Sequence record: MH992122.1
From: Escherichia phage OLB35
DNA: 64,000 nt
Direction: 5' to 3' (one strand)
Made by a program: the position numbers and the translations under genes. Below the pieces are notes generated by a model that worked only from the letters and a program-made list of their open reading frames with translations, ran no database searches and was not told the DNA's origin. Shown here piece after piece: positions 31,835 to 45,156 of this stretch. Every line of letters begins with the position of its first letter. Position 1 is the first letter of the stretch.

Positions 31835-32761
31835 ATGTCAGGTTATAATGCACAAAACCCTAAAGAATTAAAGGATGTAATATTACGTCGTTTAGGCGCT
31901 CCTATTGTAAATGTTGAATTAACTACAGACCAAATTTATGATTGTATTTCACGAGCGTTAGAACTTTACGGCGAATACCATTTTGACGGGTTGAATAAAG
32001 GTTTCCATGTATTTTTTGTTGATGACGAAGAAAAATACCGTCATGGCGTATTTGATATGCGTGGTTCTAATGTATTTGCTGTAACAAGAATTATAAGAAC
32101 AAACGTTGGCTCTATTACTTCAATGGATGGTAACGCAACTTATCCATGGTTCACCGATTTCCTTTTAGGAATGGCTGGTGTTTCAGGTGGTATGGGCAGT
32201 AATTGTGGTAAATTCTACGGCCCGAACGCTTTTGGCGCTGACCTCGGATATTATTCTCAATTAGTATCTTATATGGGTATGCTTCAAGATATGATTGCTC
32301 CTCTTCCGGATTTTTGGTTTAACTCTGCAAACGAGCAATTAAAAGTAATGGGTAACTTTAGACAGAAAGATGTCATTATCGTTGAATCGTATGTTCGCTC
32401 TTATATCGAGACCCATAAGATGGTAGGAAATACAGTAGGGTACGGTCAGGTCGGTCCTCGTGATTCATGGTCTATTTCTGAACGTTATGATAATCCAGAC
32501 CATAATTTGGTAGGACGTCGAGTTGGTGAAGATCCTGCAACTAAACAAGGCGCATATAACAACCGCTGGGTTAAAGATTATGCAACTGCATTAGCTAAAG
32601 AGCTTAATGGACAAATTCTTGCTAAACATCAAGGTATGATGTTACCTGGTGGTGTCACTGTTGATGGTGTTCGATTAATTGAAGAGGCTCGTTTAGAGAA
32701 AGAAGCTTTACGAGAAGAGTTATATTTACTGGACCCTCCTGCAGGTATTTTGGTAGGTTAA
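31835..32761 (+). CDS. 13: gp13 neck protein
   Basis: 308 aa (T4 309). Confidence 0.85.
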   Translation: MSGYNAQNPKELKDVILRRLGAPIVNVELTTDQIYDCISRALELYGEYHFDGLNKGFHVFFVDDEEKYRHGVFDMRGSNVFAVTRIIRTNVGSITSMDGNATYPWFTDFLLGMAGVSGGMGSNCGKFYGPNAFGADLGYYSQLVSYMGMLQDMIAPLPDFWFNSANEQLKVMGNFRQKDVIIVESYVRSYIETHKMVGNTVGYGQVGPRDSWSISERYDNPDHNLVGRRVGEDPATKQGAYNNRWVKDYATALAKELNGQILAKHQGMMLPGGVTVDGVRLIEEARLEKEALREELYLLDPPAGILVG

Positions 32762-32762
32762 T

Positions 32763-33527
32763 ATGGCAACTTATGATAAAAATCTTTTCGCCAAACTAGA
32801 AAATCGTGGTGGCTATTCTAAAACTAATGAAACCGAGATTTTAAACAAATACGTGAACTTCAACAAATACGAAAATAGTCAAACCCTAGCTGATGTGTTA
32901 GTAGCAGAAAGCATACAGATGCGCGGTATTGAATGTTTTTATGTTCCACGTGAATATGTTGCCGTGGACCTTATCTTTGGTGAGGACCTTAAAAATAAAT
33001 TTACTAAAGCATGGAAATTTGCTGCATATCTGAACTCTTTTGAAGGTTATGAAGGAGCGAAATCATTCTTCAGTAACTTCGGAATGCAAGTTCAAGACGA
33101 AGTTACATTATCTATTAACCCAGGTCTTTTTAAACACCAGGTCAACAATCAGGAGCCTAAGGAAGGTGATTTAATATACTTCCCAATGGACAACAGTTTG
33201 TTTGAGATTAACTGGGTTGAACCATATGACCCGTTCTATCAAGTAGGTAAAAATGCGATTCGTAAAATTACTGCAGGCAAGTTTATTTACTCTGGCGAAG
33301 AAATCAATCCGGTGCTTCAGAAAAATGAAGGTATCAATATACCTGAATTTAGTGACTTGGAACTTAACCCTGTTAGAAATCTTGACGGTATCCATGACAT
33401 TAATATCGATGAATATTCTGAAGTTGAGCAAATCAATTCAGAGGCAAGTGAATACGTTGAACCATATGTAGTAGTTAACAACCGTGGTAGACAAAATTCA
33501 CCATTTGACGATGGGTTTATGAATTAA
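32763..33527 (+). CDS. 14: gp14 neck protein
   Basis: 254 aa (T4 256). Confidence 0.8.
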   Translation: MATYDKNLFAKLENRGGYSKTNETEILNKYVNFNKYENSQTLADVLVAESIQMRGIECFYVPREYVAVDLIFGEDLKNKFTKAWKFAAYLNSFEGYEGAKSFFSNFGMQVQDEVTLSINPGLFKHQVNNQEPKEGDLIYFPMDNSLFEINWVEPYDPFYQVGKNAIRKITAGKFIYSGEEINPVLQKNEGINIPEFSDLELNPVRNLDGIHDINIDEYSEVEQINSEASEYVEPYVVVNNRGRQNSPFDDGFMN

Positions 33528-33550
33528 TAAATAGATAAGATAAAGCAAAC

Positions 33551-33568
33551 ACCGGTCGAAAGGCCGGT
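33551..33568 (+). other. stem-loop ACCGGTC-GAAA-GGCCGGT immediately upstream of the gp15 RBS
   Basis: 7-bp stem with GNRA-type loop. Confidence 0.35.
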
Positions 33569-33576
33569 TAGGAGAA

Positions 33577-34401
33577 ATGATGTTTGGTTATTTTTACAAC
33601 TCGTCGTTCAGGCGATATATCACAATGATGGGCGATTTGTTTTCAAATATCCAAGTTAACCGTCAATTGACTACAGGCAATAAATTAATTAGAGTTCCTA
33701 TTACGTATGCATCTAAAGAGCACTTTATGATGAAACTTAATAAATGGACCTCTATAAACTCACAAGAAGATGTGGCTAAAGTCGAAACTATTCTACCACG
33801 TATAAATCTCCAAATGGTAGATTTCGTTTATAACCCAACGTTTAAAACGAATATATTGAATAACTCTCTTTTGAGTAAATCGACTAAGGATATTGTAGAC
33901 CAATACAACCCATCACCAATTAAAATGATTTTTGAACTGAGCATCTTTACTCGTTATGAAGATGATATGTTCCAAATCGTTGAGCAAATTATTCCATATT
34001 TTCAGCCGCATTTTAATACGACTATGATTGAGCAGTATGGACAGGATATTCCATTTGAAAGGGATATTAAAGTCGTATGGATGGCAGCAGCAATGGATGA
34101 ACAAATAGACGGTGATAATTTATCCCGTCGACGTTTAGAGTGGTCATTAACATTTGAAGTAAATGGATGGATGTATCCTCCGGTAGGCGCAGCTGAAGGC
34201 CTTATTAAAACGACTTATCTTGATTTTCATGCTAATGAACGAGACCTTCAAACAGCCGCCAGCGTTTTTGAATCAGTTGATACAGAAATTAAACCGAGAG
34301 ACGTTGAAGCACAAGATTGGAATGGTGAAGTTGAACAAACTTATACTCATGATATTCCAATCCCGACTCCACCAACCCCTCCTGGTCCTAGAAAACAATA
34401 A
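33577..34401 (+). CDS. 15: gp15 tail sheath stabilizer / tail terminator
   Basis: MMFGYFYNSSFRRY... matches T4 gp15 (MFGYFYNSSFRRY); the start could be the second ATG at 33580. Confidence 0.85.
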   Translation: MMFGYFYNSSFRRYITMMGDLFSNIQVNRQLTTGNKLIRVPITYASKEHFMMKLNKWTSINSQEDVAKVETILPRINLQMVDFVYNPTFKTNILNNSLLSKSTKDIVDQYNPSPIKMIFELSIFTRYEDDMFQIVEQIIPYFQPHFNTTMIEQYGQDIPFERDIKVVWMAAAMDEQIDGDNLSRRRLEWSLTFEVNGWMYPPVGAAEGLIKTTYLDFHANERDLQTAASVFESVDTEIKPRDVEAQDWNGEVEQTYTHDIPIPTPPTPPGPRKQ

Positions 34402-36727
<2,326 letters not shown>

Positions 36728-36754
36728 AAATAAAGCAAATTAAGAGGAATTAAA

Positions 36755-38737
36755 ATGGCACTTCTCTCTCCGGGCGTTGAGCTCAAAGAAACTACCGTAC
36801 AGAGTACTGTAGTTAATAACTCCACTGGTACTGCTGCTCTGGCTGGAAAATTCCAATGGGGCCCTGCATTCCAGATTAAACAAATCACTGATGAAGTTGC
36901 ATTGGTTGATATGTTTGGTACTCCTAATACGGATACAGCAGATTATTTCATGTCTGCTATGAACTTCCTTCAATACGGTAATGACCTTCGTGTTGTACGC
37001 GCAGTTGATCGTGATACTGCTAAGAACTCATCTCCTGTAGCAGGCAATATCGAATTCACAATCTCAGCTGCAGGTAGTAACTATGCGGTTGGTGATAAAA
37101 TTATCGTTAAGTATTTGTCCGAAACTGTTGAAGCAGATGGTTATGTCACTTCAGTTGATGTCGATGGTAAAATCCTTAACATTTATATCCCAACCGGTAA
37201 AATTATTGCTCGTGCAAAAGAAATTAATGAATATCCGGCATTAGGTTCTAACTGGACCGCCGAAGTTGCCGGTTCTTCTTCTGGACTCTCTGGCGTTATT
37301 ACAATTGGTTCTATCGTAACCGATTCAGGTATTCTGTTGACTGAAGTTGAAACTTCAGAAGAAGCTATTACTTCTCTAACTTTCCAAGAATCTATTAAAA
37401 AATATGGTGTCCCAGGCGTAGTTGCTCTTTATCCTGGTGAACTTGGCGACCGGCTCGAAATTGAAATCGTATCTAAAGCAGACTATGACAAAGGTGCTTC
37501 AGCCCAGTTAAAAATTTATCCTGATGGTGGTACTCGCGCATCTACTGCTAAAGCAATCTTTGGGTATGGCCCACAAACTGATGACCAATATGCGATTATC
37601 GTTCGTCGTAACGATGCTGTAGTCCAGAGTGTAGTTCTTTCTACTAAACGCGGTGAACGCGATATTTATGGTAGTAATATCTTTATTGATGATTTCTTTG
37701 CTAAAGGCGCAAGCAATTATATTTTCGCTACTGCACAAGGTTGGCCAAAAGGTTTCTCTGGTGTAATCAAACTGAGTGGTGGCTTATCATCTAATGAAAC
37801 GGTTGACGCTGGTGATTTAATGGAAGCTTGGGATTTGTTTGCGGACCGCGAATCTGTTAATGCGCAGTTGTTTATTGCCGGTTCTTGTGCAGGTGAATCT
37901 TTAGAAGTTGCTTCTACAGTTCAGAAACATGTTGTAGCAATTGGTGATTCTCGACAAGATTGCTTGGTTCTTTGCTCACCACCACGTGCAACTATAGTCG
38001 GTATTCCTGTTAATCGTGCAGTTGATAATCTGGTTGATTGGCGTACTGCATCAGGATCTTACACTGATAATAACTTTAATGTAAGTTCTACTTATGCTGC
38101 TATTGACGGTAACTATAAATATCAATACGACAAATATAACGATGTGAATCGTTGGGTTCCGTTAGCTGCTGATATTGCCGGTCTTTGTGCTCGCACAGAC
38201 AATATTTCTCAGCCTTGGATGTCTCCGGCCGGTTATAACCGCGGACAAATTCTTAACGTTATTAAGCTTGCAATTGAAACTCGTCAACCACAACGTGATC
38301 GTTTGTATCAGGAAGCTATTAACCCTGTTACTGGTACCGGTGGTGACGGATATGTTCTGTACGGCGATAAAACTGCCACTTCCGTTCCTTCACCATTTGA
38401 CCGTATTAACGTTCGTCGTTTGTTCAATATGGTTAAAACGAACATTGGTTCAGCATCTAAATATCGCCTGTTTGAATTGAACAACGCATTTACCCGTTCT
38501 TCTTTCCGTACAGAGACTTCTCAATATCTACAGGGTATTAAAGCTCTCGGTGGTGTATATAACTTTAAAGTTGTTTGTGATACTACCAATAACACCCCAG
38601 CAGTTATCGACCGTAATGAATTTGTAGCTACTTTCTACTTACAACCTGCCCGCTCGATAAATTATATTACGTTGAACTTTGTAGCAACAGCAACTGGTGC
38701 CGATTTCGACGAACTGATTGGTGCTGTAGGTGGTTAA
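36755..38737 (+). CDS. 18: gp18 tail sheath
   Basis: 660 aa (T4 659); MALLSPGVELKE start. Confidence 0.9.
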   Translation: MALLSPGVELKETTVQSTVVNNSTGTAALAGKFQWGPAFQIKQITDEVALVDMFGTPNTDTADYFMSAMNFLQYGNDLRVVRAVDRDTAKNSSPVAGNIEFTISAAGSNYAVGDKIIVKYLSETVEADGYVTSVDVDGKILNIYIPTGKIIARAKEINEYPALGSNWTAEVAGSSSGLSGVITIGSIVTDSGILLTEVETSEEAITSLTFQESIKKYGVPGVVALYPGELGDRLEIEIVSKADYDKGASAQLKIYPDGGTRASTAKAIFGYGPQTDDQYAIIVRRNDAVVQSVVLSTKRGERDIYGSNIFIDDFFAKGASNYIFATAQGWPKGFSGVIKLSGGLSSNETVDAGDLMEAWDLFADRESVNAQLFIAGSCAGESLEVASTVQKHVVAIGDSRQDCLVLCSPPRATIVGIPVNRAVDNLVDWRTASGSYTDNNFNVSSTYAAIDGNYKYQYDKYNDVNRWVPLAADIAGLCARTDNISQPWMSPAGYNRGQILNVIKLAIETRQPQRDRLYQEAINPVTGTGGDGYVLYGDKTATSVPSPFDRINVRRLFNMVKTNIGSASKYRLFELNNAFTRSSFRTETSQYLQGIKALGGVYNFKVVCDTTNNTPAVIDRNEFVATFYLQPARSINYITLNFVATATGADFDELIGAVGG

Positions 38738-38748
38738 TAAGACGCCTG

Positions 38749-38832
38749 ATGGGCTATTTCGGTAGCCCATATAAATATACTATATCGTTTAAAAATTAAT
38801 TCTATGGGCATCTGGTTAATCCTAAGCCCATA
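38749..38832 (+). promoter_or_regulatory. gene 18-19 intergenic control region: hairpin, late promoter TATAAATA (38770-38777), second hairpin
   Basis: hairpin ATGGGCTA-TTTCGG-TAGCCCAT (38749-38770), then TATAAATA, then TATGGGC...GCCCATA (38803-38832). Confidence 0.5.
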
Positions 38833-38849
38833 TTACTACAGAGGCTAAT

Positions 38850-39341
38850 ATGTTTGTAGATGATGTAACTCGCGCCTTCGAATCTGGTGATTTCGCTCGC
38901 CCTAACCTGTTCGAAGTAGAAATCTCTTATCTTGGGCAAAACTTTAGCTTCCAGTGTCGTGCTACGGCTCTTCCTGCTGCAATTGTTGAAAAGGTTCCTG
39001 TTTCTTATATGAACCGTAAAATTAACGTGGCCGGTGATCGTACATTCGATGATTGGACTATTACAGTAATGAACGACGATGCTCATAGTATTCGTCAGAA
39101 ATTTGTTGATTGGCAAGGTATTGCAGCAGGTCAAGGTAATGAAATTACCGGTGGTAAACCTGCTGAATATAAAAAGACTGCTATCGTTCGTCAATTTGCT
39201 CGTGATGCTAAAACGGTCACTAAAGAAGTTGAAATTGTTGGCTTGTGGCCTACTAACGTTGGTGAAGTATCTCTTGACTGGGATTCGAATAACGAGATTG
39301 AAACGTTCGAAGTAACTCTTGCTCTTGATTGGTGGGAATAA
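38850..39341 (+). CDS. 19: gp19 tail tube
   Basis: 163 aa, same length as T4 gp19. Confidence 0.9.
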   Translation: MFVDDVTRAFESGDFARPNLFEVEISYLGQNFSFQCRATALPAAIVEKVPVSYMNRKINVAGDRTFDDWTITVMNDDAHSIRQKFVDWQGIAAGQGNEITGGKPAEYKKTAIVRQFARDAKTVTKEVEIVGLWPTNVGEVSLDWDSNNEIETFEVTLALDWWE

Positions 39342-39347
39342 TCTGGT

Positions 39348-39363
39348 TGGGGAGAAATCCCCA
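39348..39363 (+). other. stem-loop TGGGGA-GAAA-TCCCCA after gene 19
   Basis: 6-bp stem with GAAA loop. Confidence 0.35.
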
Positions 39364-39389
39364 GCTTCCCGTGATGACGGAGAAGTCCA

Positions 39390-39397
39390 TATAAATA
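39390..39397 (+). promoter_or_regulatory. late promoter TATAAATA (gene 20)
   Basis: exact TATAAATA 29 nt upstream of the gp20 ATG. Confidence 0.55.
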
Positions 39398-39425
39398 TAA
39401 CTATAATTCCCATTCGGAGAATACA

Positions 39426-40997
39426 ATGAAATTTAATATCTTAAGTTTGTTTGCTCCATGGGCAAAAATGGACGAACGTGATTACAAAGACCAAGAAAAA
39501 GAAAATTTAGAATCGATCACCACACCAAAATTGGACGACGGTGCGAAAGAATACGAAGTATCTGAAAATGAAGCACAGCAAACATATAATGCTATGTTTC
39601 AGAGAATGTTCGGTAGCCAAGAACCTGGGCTCAAATCAACCCGTGAATTAATCGATACGTATCGAAATTTGATGACGAACTATGAAGTGGATAATGCAGT
39701 CTCTGAAATAGTTTCCGATGCTATCGTATATGAAGATGATACAGAAGTCGTTTCTATAAATTTAGACAACACAAAATTTAGCCCAAATATCAAATCAATG
39801 ATGTTGGATGAATTTAACGAAGTGTTAAATCATTTATCTTTCCAACGTAAAGGTTCAGACCATTTTAGACGTTGGTATGTGGATTCTCGAATTTTCTTCC
39901 ATAAAATTATTGACCCTAAACGCCCTAAAGAAGGTATTAAAGAGCTTCGTCGTTTAGACCCACGTCAAGTTCAATATGTCCGTGAAGTTATTACAACCAC
40001 TGAAGCCGGTGTTAAAATAGTCAAGGGTTATAAAGAATATTTCATTTATGACACATCACACGAATCTTATGCTTGTGATGGTCGCATATATGAAGCTGGC
40101 ACAAAAATAAAAATCCCTAAAGCCGCGATTGTTTATGCCCATTCTGGTTTAGTTGATTGCTGTGGTAAAAATATCATTGGTTATTTGCATCGGGCTATTA
40201 AGCCGGCGAACCAATTAAAACTTCTTGAAGATGCCGTCGTAATTTATCGTATTACTCGTGCTCCAGATCGTCGTGTATGGTACGTTGATACAGGTAATAT
40301 GCCTTCAAGAAAAGCAGCAGAACATATGCAACATGTTATGAATACGATGAAAAACCGTATTGCATATGATGCTACTACAGGCAAGATTAAAAACCAGCAG
40401 CATATTATGTCGATGACCGAAGATTATTGGTTACAACGACGTGATGGTAAAGCAGTAACAGAAGTTGATACATTACCGGGTGCAGATAATACCGGAAATA
40501 TGGAAGATGTACGTTGGTTCCGTAATGCGCTTTATATGGCTTTACGTATTCCTATTACCCGTATTCCAAGCGACCAAGGTGGTATACAGTTTGATGCTGG
40601 TACTTCTATTACACGAGATGAATTGTCATTTGGTAAATTTATTCGTGAGCTGCAACATAAATTTGAAGAGATATTCCTAGACCCGCTTAAAACTAATTTA
40701 ATTCTTAAAGGAATTATTACAGAAGATGAGTGGAATGATGAAATAAATAATATTAAGATAAAATTTCATCGGGATAGTTATTTCTCGGAATTAAAGGATG
40801 CTGAGATTCTGGAGCGTCGCATTAATATGCTTCAGATGGCCGAACCATTTATTGGTAAATATATTTCTCACAGAACAGCTATGAAAGATATTCTTCAGAT
40901 GTCTGACGAGGAAATTGAACAAGAGGCTAAGCAAATTGAAGAAGAGTCGAAAGAGGCTCGTTTCCAAGACCCCGACCAAGAACAAGAGGATTTTTAA
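39426..40997 (+). CDS. 20: gp20 portal vertex protein
   Basis: 523 aa (T4 524). Confidence 0.9.
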   Translation: MKFNILSLFAPWAKMDERDYKDQEKENLESITTPKLDDGAKEYEVSENEAQQTYNAMFQRMFGSQEPGLKSTRELIDTYRNLMTNYEVDNAVSEIVSDAIVYEDDTEVVSINLDNTKFSPNIKSMMLDEFNEVLNHLSFQRKGSDHFRRWYVDSRIFFHKIIDPKRPKEGIKELRRLDPRQVQYVREVITTTEAGVKIVKGYKEYFIYDTSHESYACDGRIYEAGTKIKIPKAAIVYAHSGLVDCCGKNIIGYLHRAIKPANQLKLLEDAVVIYRITRAPDRRVWYVDTGNMPSRKAAEHMQHVMNTMKNRIAYDATTGKIKNQQHIMSMTEDYWLQRRDGKAVTEVDTLPGADNTGNMEDVRWFRNALYMALRIPITRIPSDQGGIQFDAGTSITRDELSFGKFIRELQHKFEEIFLDPLKTNLILKGIITEDEWNDEINNIKIKFHRDSYFSELKDAEILERRINMLQMAEPFIGKYISHRTAMKDILQMSDEEIEQEAKQIEEESKEARFQDPDQEQEDF

Positions 40998-41236
40998 TGG
41001 ACGATTTAATTCAAGCTATTAAATCAAACGACCTCGTTGCTACTCGAAAGTTTTTTGAAAGTGCAATGGCAGAAAAAACGGTTCGTTTGATTGAAGCACG
41101 CAAAGCAGAAATCGCTTCTCAATTTTTGATTGAAGGCGAAGAACCTGAAGAAGAAGAAAAGAAAGCTAAAGCTTCGGAAGACGACGCTGATGAAGGCGAT
41201 GACGACGAAGACGAAGATGATGAGGACGATGAATAA
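40997..41236 (+). CDS. 67: gp67 prohead core protein
   Basis: 79 aa with poly-acidic C-terminus; position. Confidence 0.7.
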   Translation: MDDLIQAIKSNDLVATRKFFESAMAEKTVRLIEARKAEIASQFLIEGEEPEEEEKKAKASEDDADEGDDDEDEDDEDDE

Positions 41237-41661
41237 TGTATCTTATCCCTGAATCTTATGAATTGGTACTCGAAAATGTCGAAGCACTTATTCCTGAAGC
41301 ACAGGGCCGAATCGATGCATTGTCTTCTGCTCTCGATATTGACGATATAAATACTATTATCGAGAACATGCTTGAAACTGAAACGGATTTAGCTGTTGCA
41401 ATGGCTTCCATTATTAATGAAGAGCAGTTAAATGAGTTTATCGTTAAACATGTTTCTTCTCGTGGTGAAGTCACCCGCACTAAAGACCGTAAAACTCGTG
41501 AACGTAACGCGTTCCAAACAACCGGTCTTTCTAAAGCAAAACGTAGACAAATCGCTCGTAAGGTCGTTAAAGCTAAAAAAGCTAACCCTTCAGGCCAAGT
41601 TAAAGGCATGCGTAAGCGTAAAAAAGCTCTTAAACGTCGTAAAGCATTAGGATTAAGCTAA
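41236..41661 (+). CDS. 68: gp68 prohead core protein
   Basis: 141 aa, same length as T4 gp68. Confidence 0.7.
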   Translation: MYLIPESYELVLENVEALIPEAQGRIDALSSALDIDDINTIIENMLETETDLAVAMASIINEEQLNEFIVKHVSSRGEVTRTKDRKTRERNAFQTTGLSKAKRRQIARKVVKAKKANPSGQVKGMRKRKKALKRRKALGLS

Positions 41662-42302
41662 TGAATAAACCCGAGTTACTTATTGAAACTTGGGGTCAAC
41701 CCGGTGAGATTATTGATGGCGTTCCAATGTTGGAATCTCATGATGGAAAAGATTCTGGCTTAAAACCAGGGCTTTATATAGAAGGTATTTTTCTTCAGGC
41801 AGAGGTTGTTAACCGAAATAAACGTTTATATCCTAAACGTGTTTTGGAAAAAGCCGTAAGCGACTATATTAAAGAACAAGTCGCAACCAAACAAGCCCTT
41901 GGAGAATTAAATCATCCACCTCGTGCAAATGTTGACCCTATGCAAGCCGCTATCATTATTGAAGATATGTGGTGGAAAGGAAACGATGTATATGGACGTG
42001 CTAGAATTATTGAAGGTGACCATGGTCCCGGCGATAAATTAGCTGCTAATATACGAGCTGGTTGGATTCCAGGTGTTTCCTCTCGTGGTCTTGGTTCTTT
42101 AACCGACACCAATAAAGGGTACCATATCGTGAACGAAGGATTTAAATTAACCGTCGGTGTAGATGCCGTATGGGGTCCTTCTGCTCCAGATGCTTGGGTT
42201 ACTCCTAAACAAATATCAGAATCAGAAAATTCGGTGGAAATCACCAAAAACAGTGCTGATGAAGCATTTAAAGCTCTCGCAGAGAGTTTAAAAGCATTAT
42301 AA
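41661..42302 (+). CDS. 21: gp21 prohead core protease
   Basis: 213 aa (T4 212); position. Confidence 0.85.
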   Translation: MNKPELLIETWGQPGEIIDGVPMLESHDGKDSGLKPGLYIEGIFLQAEVVNRNKRLYPKRVLEKAVSDYIKEQVATKQALGELNHPPRANVDPMQAAIIIEDMWWKGNDVYGRARIIEGDHGPGDKLAANIRAGWIPGVSSRGLGSLTDTNKGYHIVNEGFKLTVGVDAVWGPSAPDAWVTPKQISESENSVEITKNSADEAFKALAESLKAL

Positions 42303-42305
42303 ATA
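42298..42305 (+). promoter_or_regulatory. late promoter TATAAATA (gene 22)
   Basis: exact TATAAATA overlapping the gp21 stop. Confidence 0.5.
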
Positions 42306-42335
42306 ATAATGTAATCTAAACCACAGGACACTAAA

Positions 42336-43148
42336 ATGATCAAAGAACAACTTTTGAAAGAAGCTCAGAATATCGAGACTTCAGTTGCTCTTAATAGTGT
42401 TTTCGAATCAGTAGAACTGTCTCCGGACGTTAAAGCTAATTTCAGCACTGTATTCGAAGCCACCGTTAAGCAGGAAGCAGTCAAACTAGCTGAATCTCAT
42501 ATCAAAGCTATCGCCGAAAAAGCCGAAGAAGAAGTTGAAAAGGCTAAAGAAGATGCTGAAGAGAAAGCTGATAAAAAATTGGCTGAACAAGCTTCTAAAT
42601 TCCTGGACCATCTTGCAAAAGAATGGCTCGCAGAAAACCAAATCGCAGTTGATAAAGGCATTAAAGCTGATTTGTTCGAATCCATGCTTGGTGGTCTGAA
42701 AGAACTGTTTGTTGAACATAACGTTGTTGTTCCAGAAGAATCTGTAGATGTTGTAGCAGAAATGGAAGAAGAGCTGGCCGAACATAAAGAAGAAACCGCT
42801 CGTTTGTTCGAAGAAGTTACCAAACGTGATGCATATATCAATTACGTTCAGCGTGAAACCGCTATTAATGAAAGCGTAAAAGACCTGACTGAATCTCAGA
42901 AAGAAAAAGTTATTGGCCTGGTTGAAGGTATGGATTATTCTGACGCATTTGGTACTAAGTTAACTGCTATTGTAGAAATGGTTAAAGGTTCTACTAAAGA
43001 AGAAGCCGCTATTACCGAAAGTATAAATACAGTTGACAATGACGCTGCCGGTCTTAATTTTGTTGCCGAAGCAGTTGACACTACCACAACTCAGGTAGAA
43101 CAGAATTCTAATGTAAGTTTATATGCGAAAGTCGCATCTCGTTTCTAA
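42336..43148 (+). CDS. 22: gp22 prohead core scaffold
   Basis: 270 aa, Glu/Lys/Ala-rich helical protein (T4 269). Confidence 0.8.
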   Translation: MIKEQLLKEAQNIETSVALNSVFESVELSPDVKANFSTVFEATVKQEAVKLAESHIKAIAEKAEEEVEKAKEDAEEKADKKLAEQASKFLDHLAKEWLAENQIAVDKGIKADLFESMLGGLKELFVEHNVVVPEESVDVVAEMEEELAEHKEETARLFEEVTKRDAYINYVQRETAINESVKDLTESQKEKVIGLVEGMDYSDAFGTKLTAIVEMVKGSTKEEAAITESINTVDNDAAGLNFVAEAVDTTTTQVEQNSNVSLYAKVASRF

Positions 43149-43165
43149 TTTAAAGGTTAACACAA

Positions 43166-44734
43166 ATGACTACTATCAAAACTAAAGCTCAGCTCGTAGA
43201 CAAATGGAAAGAACTGCTGGAAGGTGAAGGCCTGCCGGAAATCGCTAATAGCAAGCAGGCTATTATCGCTAAAATCTTCGAAAACCAGGAAAAAGATTTC
43301 GAAGTATCCCCTGAATATAAAGACGAGAAAATCGCTCAGGCATTTGGTTCTTTCTTGACCGAAGCTGAAATTGGTGGTGACCATGGTTATAATGCTCAGA
43401 ACATCGCAGCAGGTCAAACCTCTGGTGCAGTAACCCAAATTGGGCCGGCAGTTATGGGTATGGTTCGTCGTGCTATTCCTAATCTGATCGCTTTTGATAT
43501 TTGTGGTGTTCAGCCTATGAACAGCCCGACCGGTCAGGTATTTGCTCTCCGTGCAGTATATGGTAAAGACCCTATCGCTGCTGGCGCTAAAGAAGCTTTC
43601 CATCCGATGTATGCCCCAGACGCGATGTTCTCTGGTCAGGGTGCTGCTAAGAAATTCCCAGCTCTGGCTGCTGACACTACTACTGTTGTAGGTGATATCT
43701 ATACTCACTTCTTCCAAGAAACTGGTACTGTATATCTGCAAGCTTCTGCTGTCGTAACACTTGATTCTGGTGCAACTGATGCAGCTAAATTAGATGCAGA
43801 AGTTAAGAAACAAATGGAAGCTGGTGCACTGGTAGAAATCGCTGAAGGTATGGCTACTTCTATCGCTGAACTCCAGGAAGGTTTCAACGGTTCTACCGAT
43901 AACCCATGGAATGAAATGGGCTTCCGTATCGATAAACAAGTTATCGAAGCTAAATCTCGCCAGCTGAAAGCTGCTTACTCTATCGAATTAGCACAAGACC
44001 TCCGTGCAGTACACGGTATGGATGCTGATGCTGAACTGAGCGGTATTCTGGCTACAGAAATTATGCTAGAAATCAACCGTGAAGTTGTTGATTGGATTAA
44101 CTACTCAGCACAGGTCGGTAAATCTGGTATGACCCTGACTCCTGGTTCTAAAGCTGGTGTATTTGACTTCCAGGACCCGATTGATATCCGTGGTGCTCGT
44201 TGGGCCGGTGAAAGCTTTAAATCTCTGTTGTTCCAGATTGATAAAGAAGCAGTTGAAATTGCTCGTCAAACCGGTCGTGGTGAAGGTAACTTCATTATCG
44301 CTTCCCGTAACGTAGTTAACGTACTGGCTTCAGTTGATACTGGTATTTCTTACGCTGCACAGGGTCTGGCTTCTGGTTTTAATACCGACACTACTAAGTC
44401 TGTATTTGCCGGTGTACTTGGTGGTAAATACCGCGTATACATCGACCAGTATGCTAAACAGGATTACTTCACCGTTGGTTACAAAGGCGCTAACGAAATG
44501 GATGCAGGTATCTACTATGCTCCTTACGTTGCACTTACCCCACTGCGTGGTTCCGATCCTAAGAACTTCCAGCCGGTAATGGGCTTTAAAACTCGTTACG
44601 GTATCGGTGTTAACCCGTTTGCTGAAAGTTCCCTGCAGGCTCCAGGTGCTCGCATCCAGTCCGGTATGCCGTCTATCCTGAACAGCCTTGGTAAGAACGC
44701 TTACTTCCGCCGTGTATATGTAAAAGGCATCTAA
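43166..44734 (+). CDS. 23: gp23 major capsid protein
   Basis: 522 aa; ...LLEGEGLPEIANSKQAIIAKIFENQEKDF... near identical to remembered T4 gp23. Confidence 0.95.
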   Translation: MTTIKTKAQLVDKWKELLEGEGLPEIANSKQAIIAKIFENQEKDFEVSPEYKDEKIAQAFGSFLTEAEIGGDHGYNAQNIAAGQTSGAVTQIGPAVMGMVRRAIPNLIAFDICGVQPMNSPTGQVFALRAVYGKDPIAAGAKEAFHPMYAPDAMFSGQGAAKKFPALAADTTTVVGDIYTHFFQETGTVYLQASAVVTLDSGATDAAKLDAEVKKQMEAGALVEIAEGMATSIAELQEGFNGSTDNPWNEMGFRIDKQVIEAKSRQLKAAYSIELAQDLRAVHGMDADAELSGILATEIMLEINREVVDWINYSAQVGKSGMTLTPGSKAGVFDFQDPIDIRGARWAGESFKSLLFQIDKEAVEIARQTGRGEGNFIIASRNVVNVLASVDTGISYAAQGLASGFNTDTTKSVFAGVLGGKYRVYIDQYAKQDYFTVGYKGANEMDAGIYYAPYVALTPLRGSDPKNFQPVMGFKTRYGIGVNPFAESSLQAPGARIQSGMPSILNSLGKNAYFRRVYVKGI

Positions 44735-44758
44735 TCTTAATTGATTAAATCTTATTTT

Positions 44759-44788
44759 GGGAGACTTCGGTCTCCCATTTTTGGTTTT
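44759..44788 (+). terminator. rho-independent terminator after gene 23
   Basis: GGGAGAC-TTCG-GTCTCCC followed by ATTTTTGGTTTT; identical stem-loop to the one at 25409. Confidence 0.6.
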
Positions 44789-45056
44789 ATTTCTGTGCAA
44801 TTTCGATGTAAGTTTTCAAAATATTTTGCCAATTAGGCATACCTTCTTGGACATATGCTGGAGAACCGTCTTTGTTTTTGAATGATGCAAGTTTATCAGT
44901 GGCCCAATAGCCTTTAGCTCGAGCTTCAGAATCAACTTTCATCCATACTTTGTTGAAGGCATTACCATTAACTTTTGCACCATATTTTTCTACTAACTTA
45001 ACTGCTTCAGCTTCCAGAACTTTTAAAGTATCTCGTAAGAAACGTGCTTTAGTCAT
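44787..45056 (-). CDS. hypothetical protein on an early-promoter cassette, antisense to the late cluster
   Basis: 89 aa; preceded by the module M leader GACTTATCAACTACAGAGGAG and a promoter. Confidence 0.5.
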   Translation of the reverse strand: MTKARFLRDTLKVLEAEAVKLVEKYGAKVNGNAFNKVWMKVDSEARAKGYWATDKLASFKNKDGSPAYVQEGMPNWQNILKTYIEIAQK

Positions 45057-45086
45057 TTTGTTTACTCCTCTGTAGTTGATAAGTCT

Positions 45087-45116
45087 ATAGTATCACATAC
45101 CAAATACGTTGTAAAC
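45087..45116 (-). promoter_or_regulatory. early promoter plus conserved leader (module M copy)
   Basis: minus strand GTTTAC (45111-45116), 18-nt spacer, TACTAT (45087-45092); the leader matches the modules at 8162-8635. Confidence 0.5.
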
Positions 45117-45122
45117 AATCTT

Positions 45123-45130
45123 TATAAATA
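45123..45130 (+). promoter_or_regulatory. late promoter TATAAATA (gene 24)
   Basis: exact TATAAATA 27 nt upstream of the gp24 ATG. Confidence 0.55.
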
Positions 45131-45156
45131 ATCTATATCACATAAGGAAAAATGCA

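Noticed and set aside
38802-39413. 203-aa minus-strand ORF overlapping gene 19
   Set aside because: Fully antisense to the tail tube gene; its start lies in the gene 19-20 intergenic hairpin; no supporting signal.
43100-43165. Expected a TATAAATA late promoter directly upstream of gene 23
   Set aside because: No exact match within about 70 nt of the ATG; the gene may be served by an upstream promoter or a variant, so no promoter is called here.
43157-43741. 194-aa minus-strand ORF (and others at 42497-42841, 43705-43887, 44330-44800) inside genes 22 and 23
   Set aside because: Antisense to strongly supported structural genes, no RBS or promoter, and composition consistent with chance open frames.
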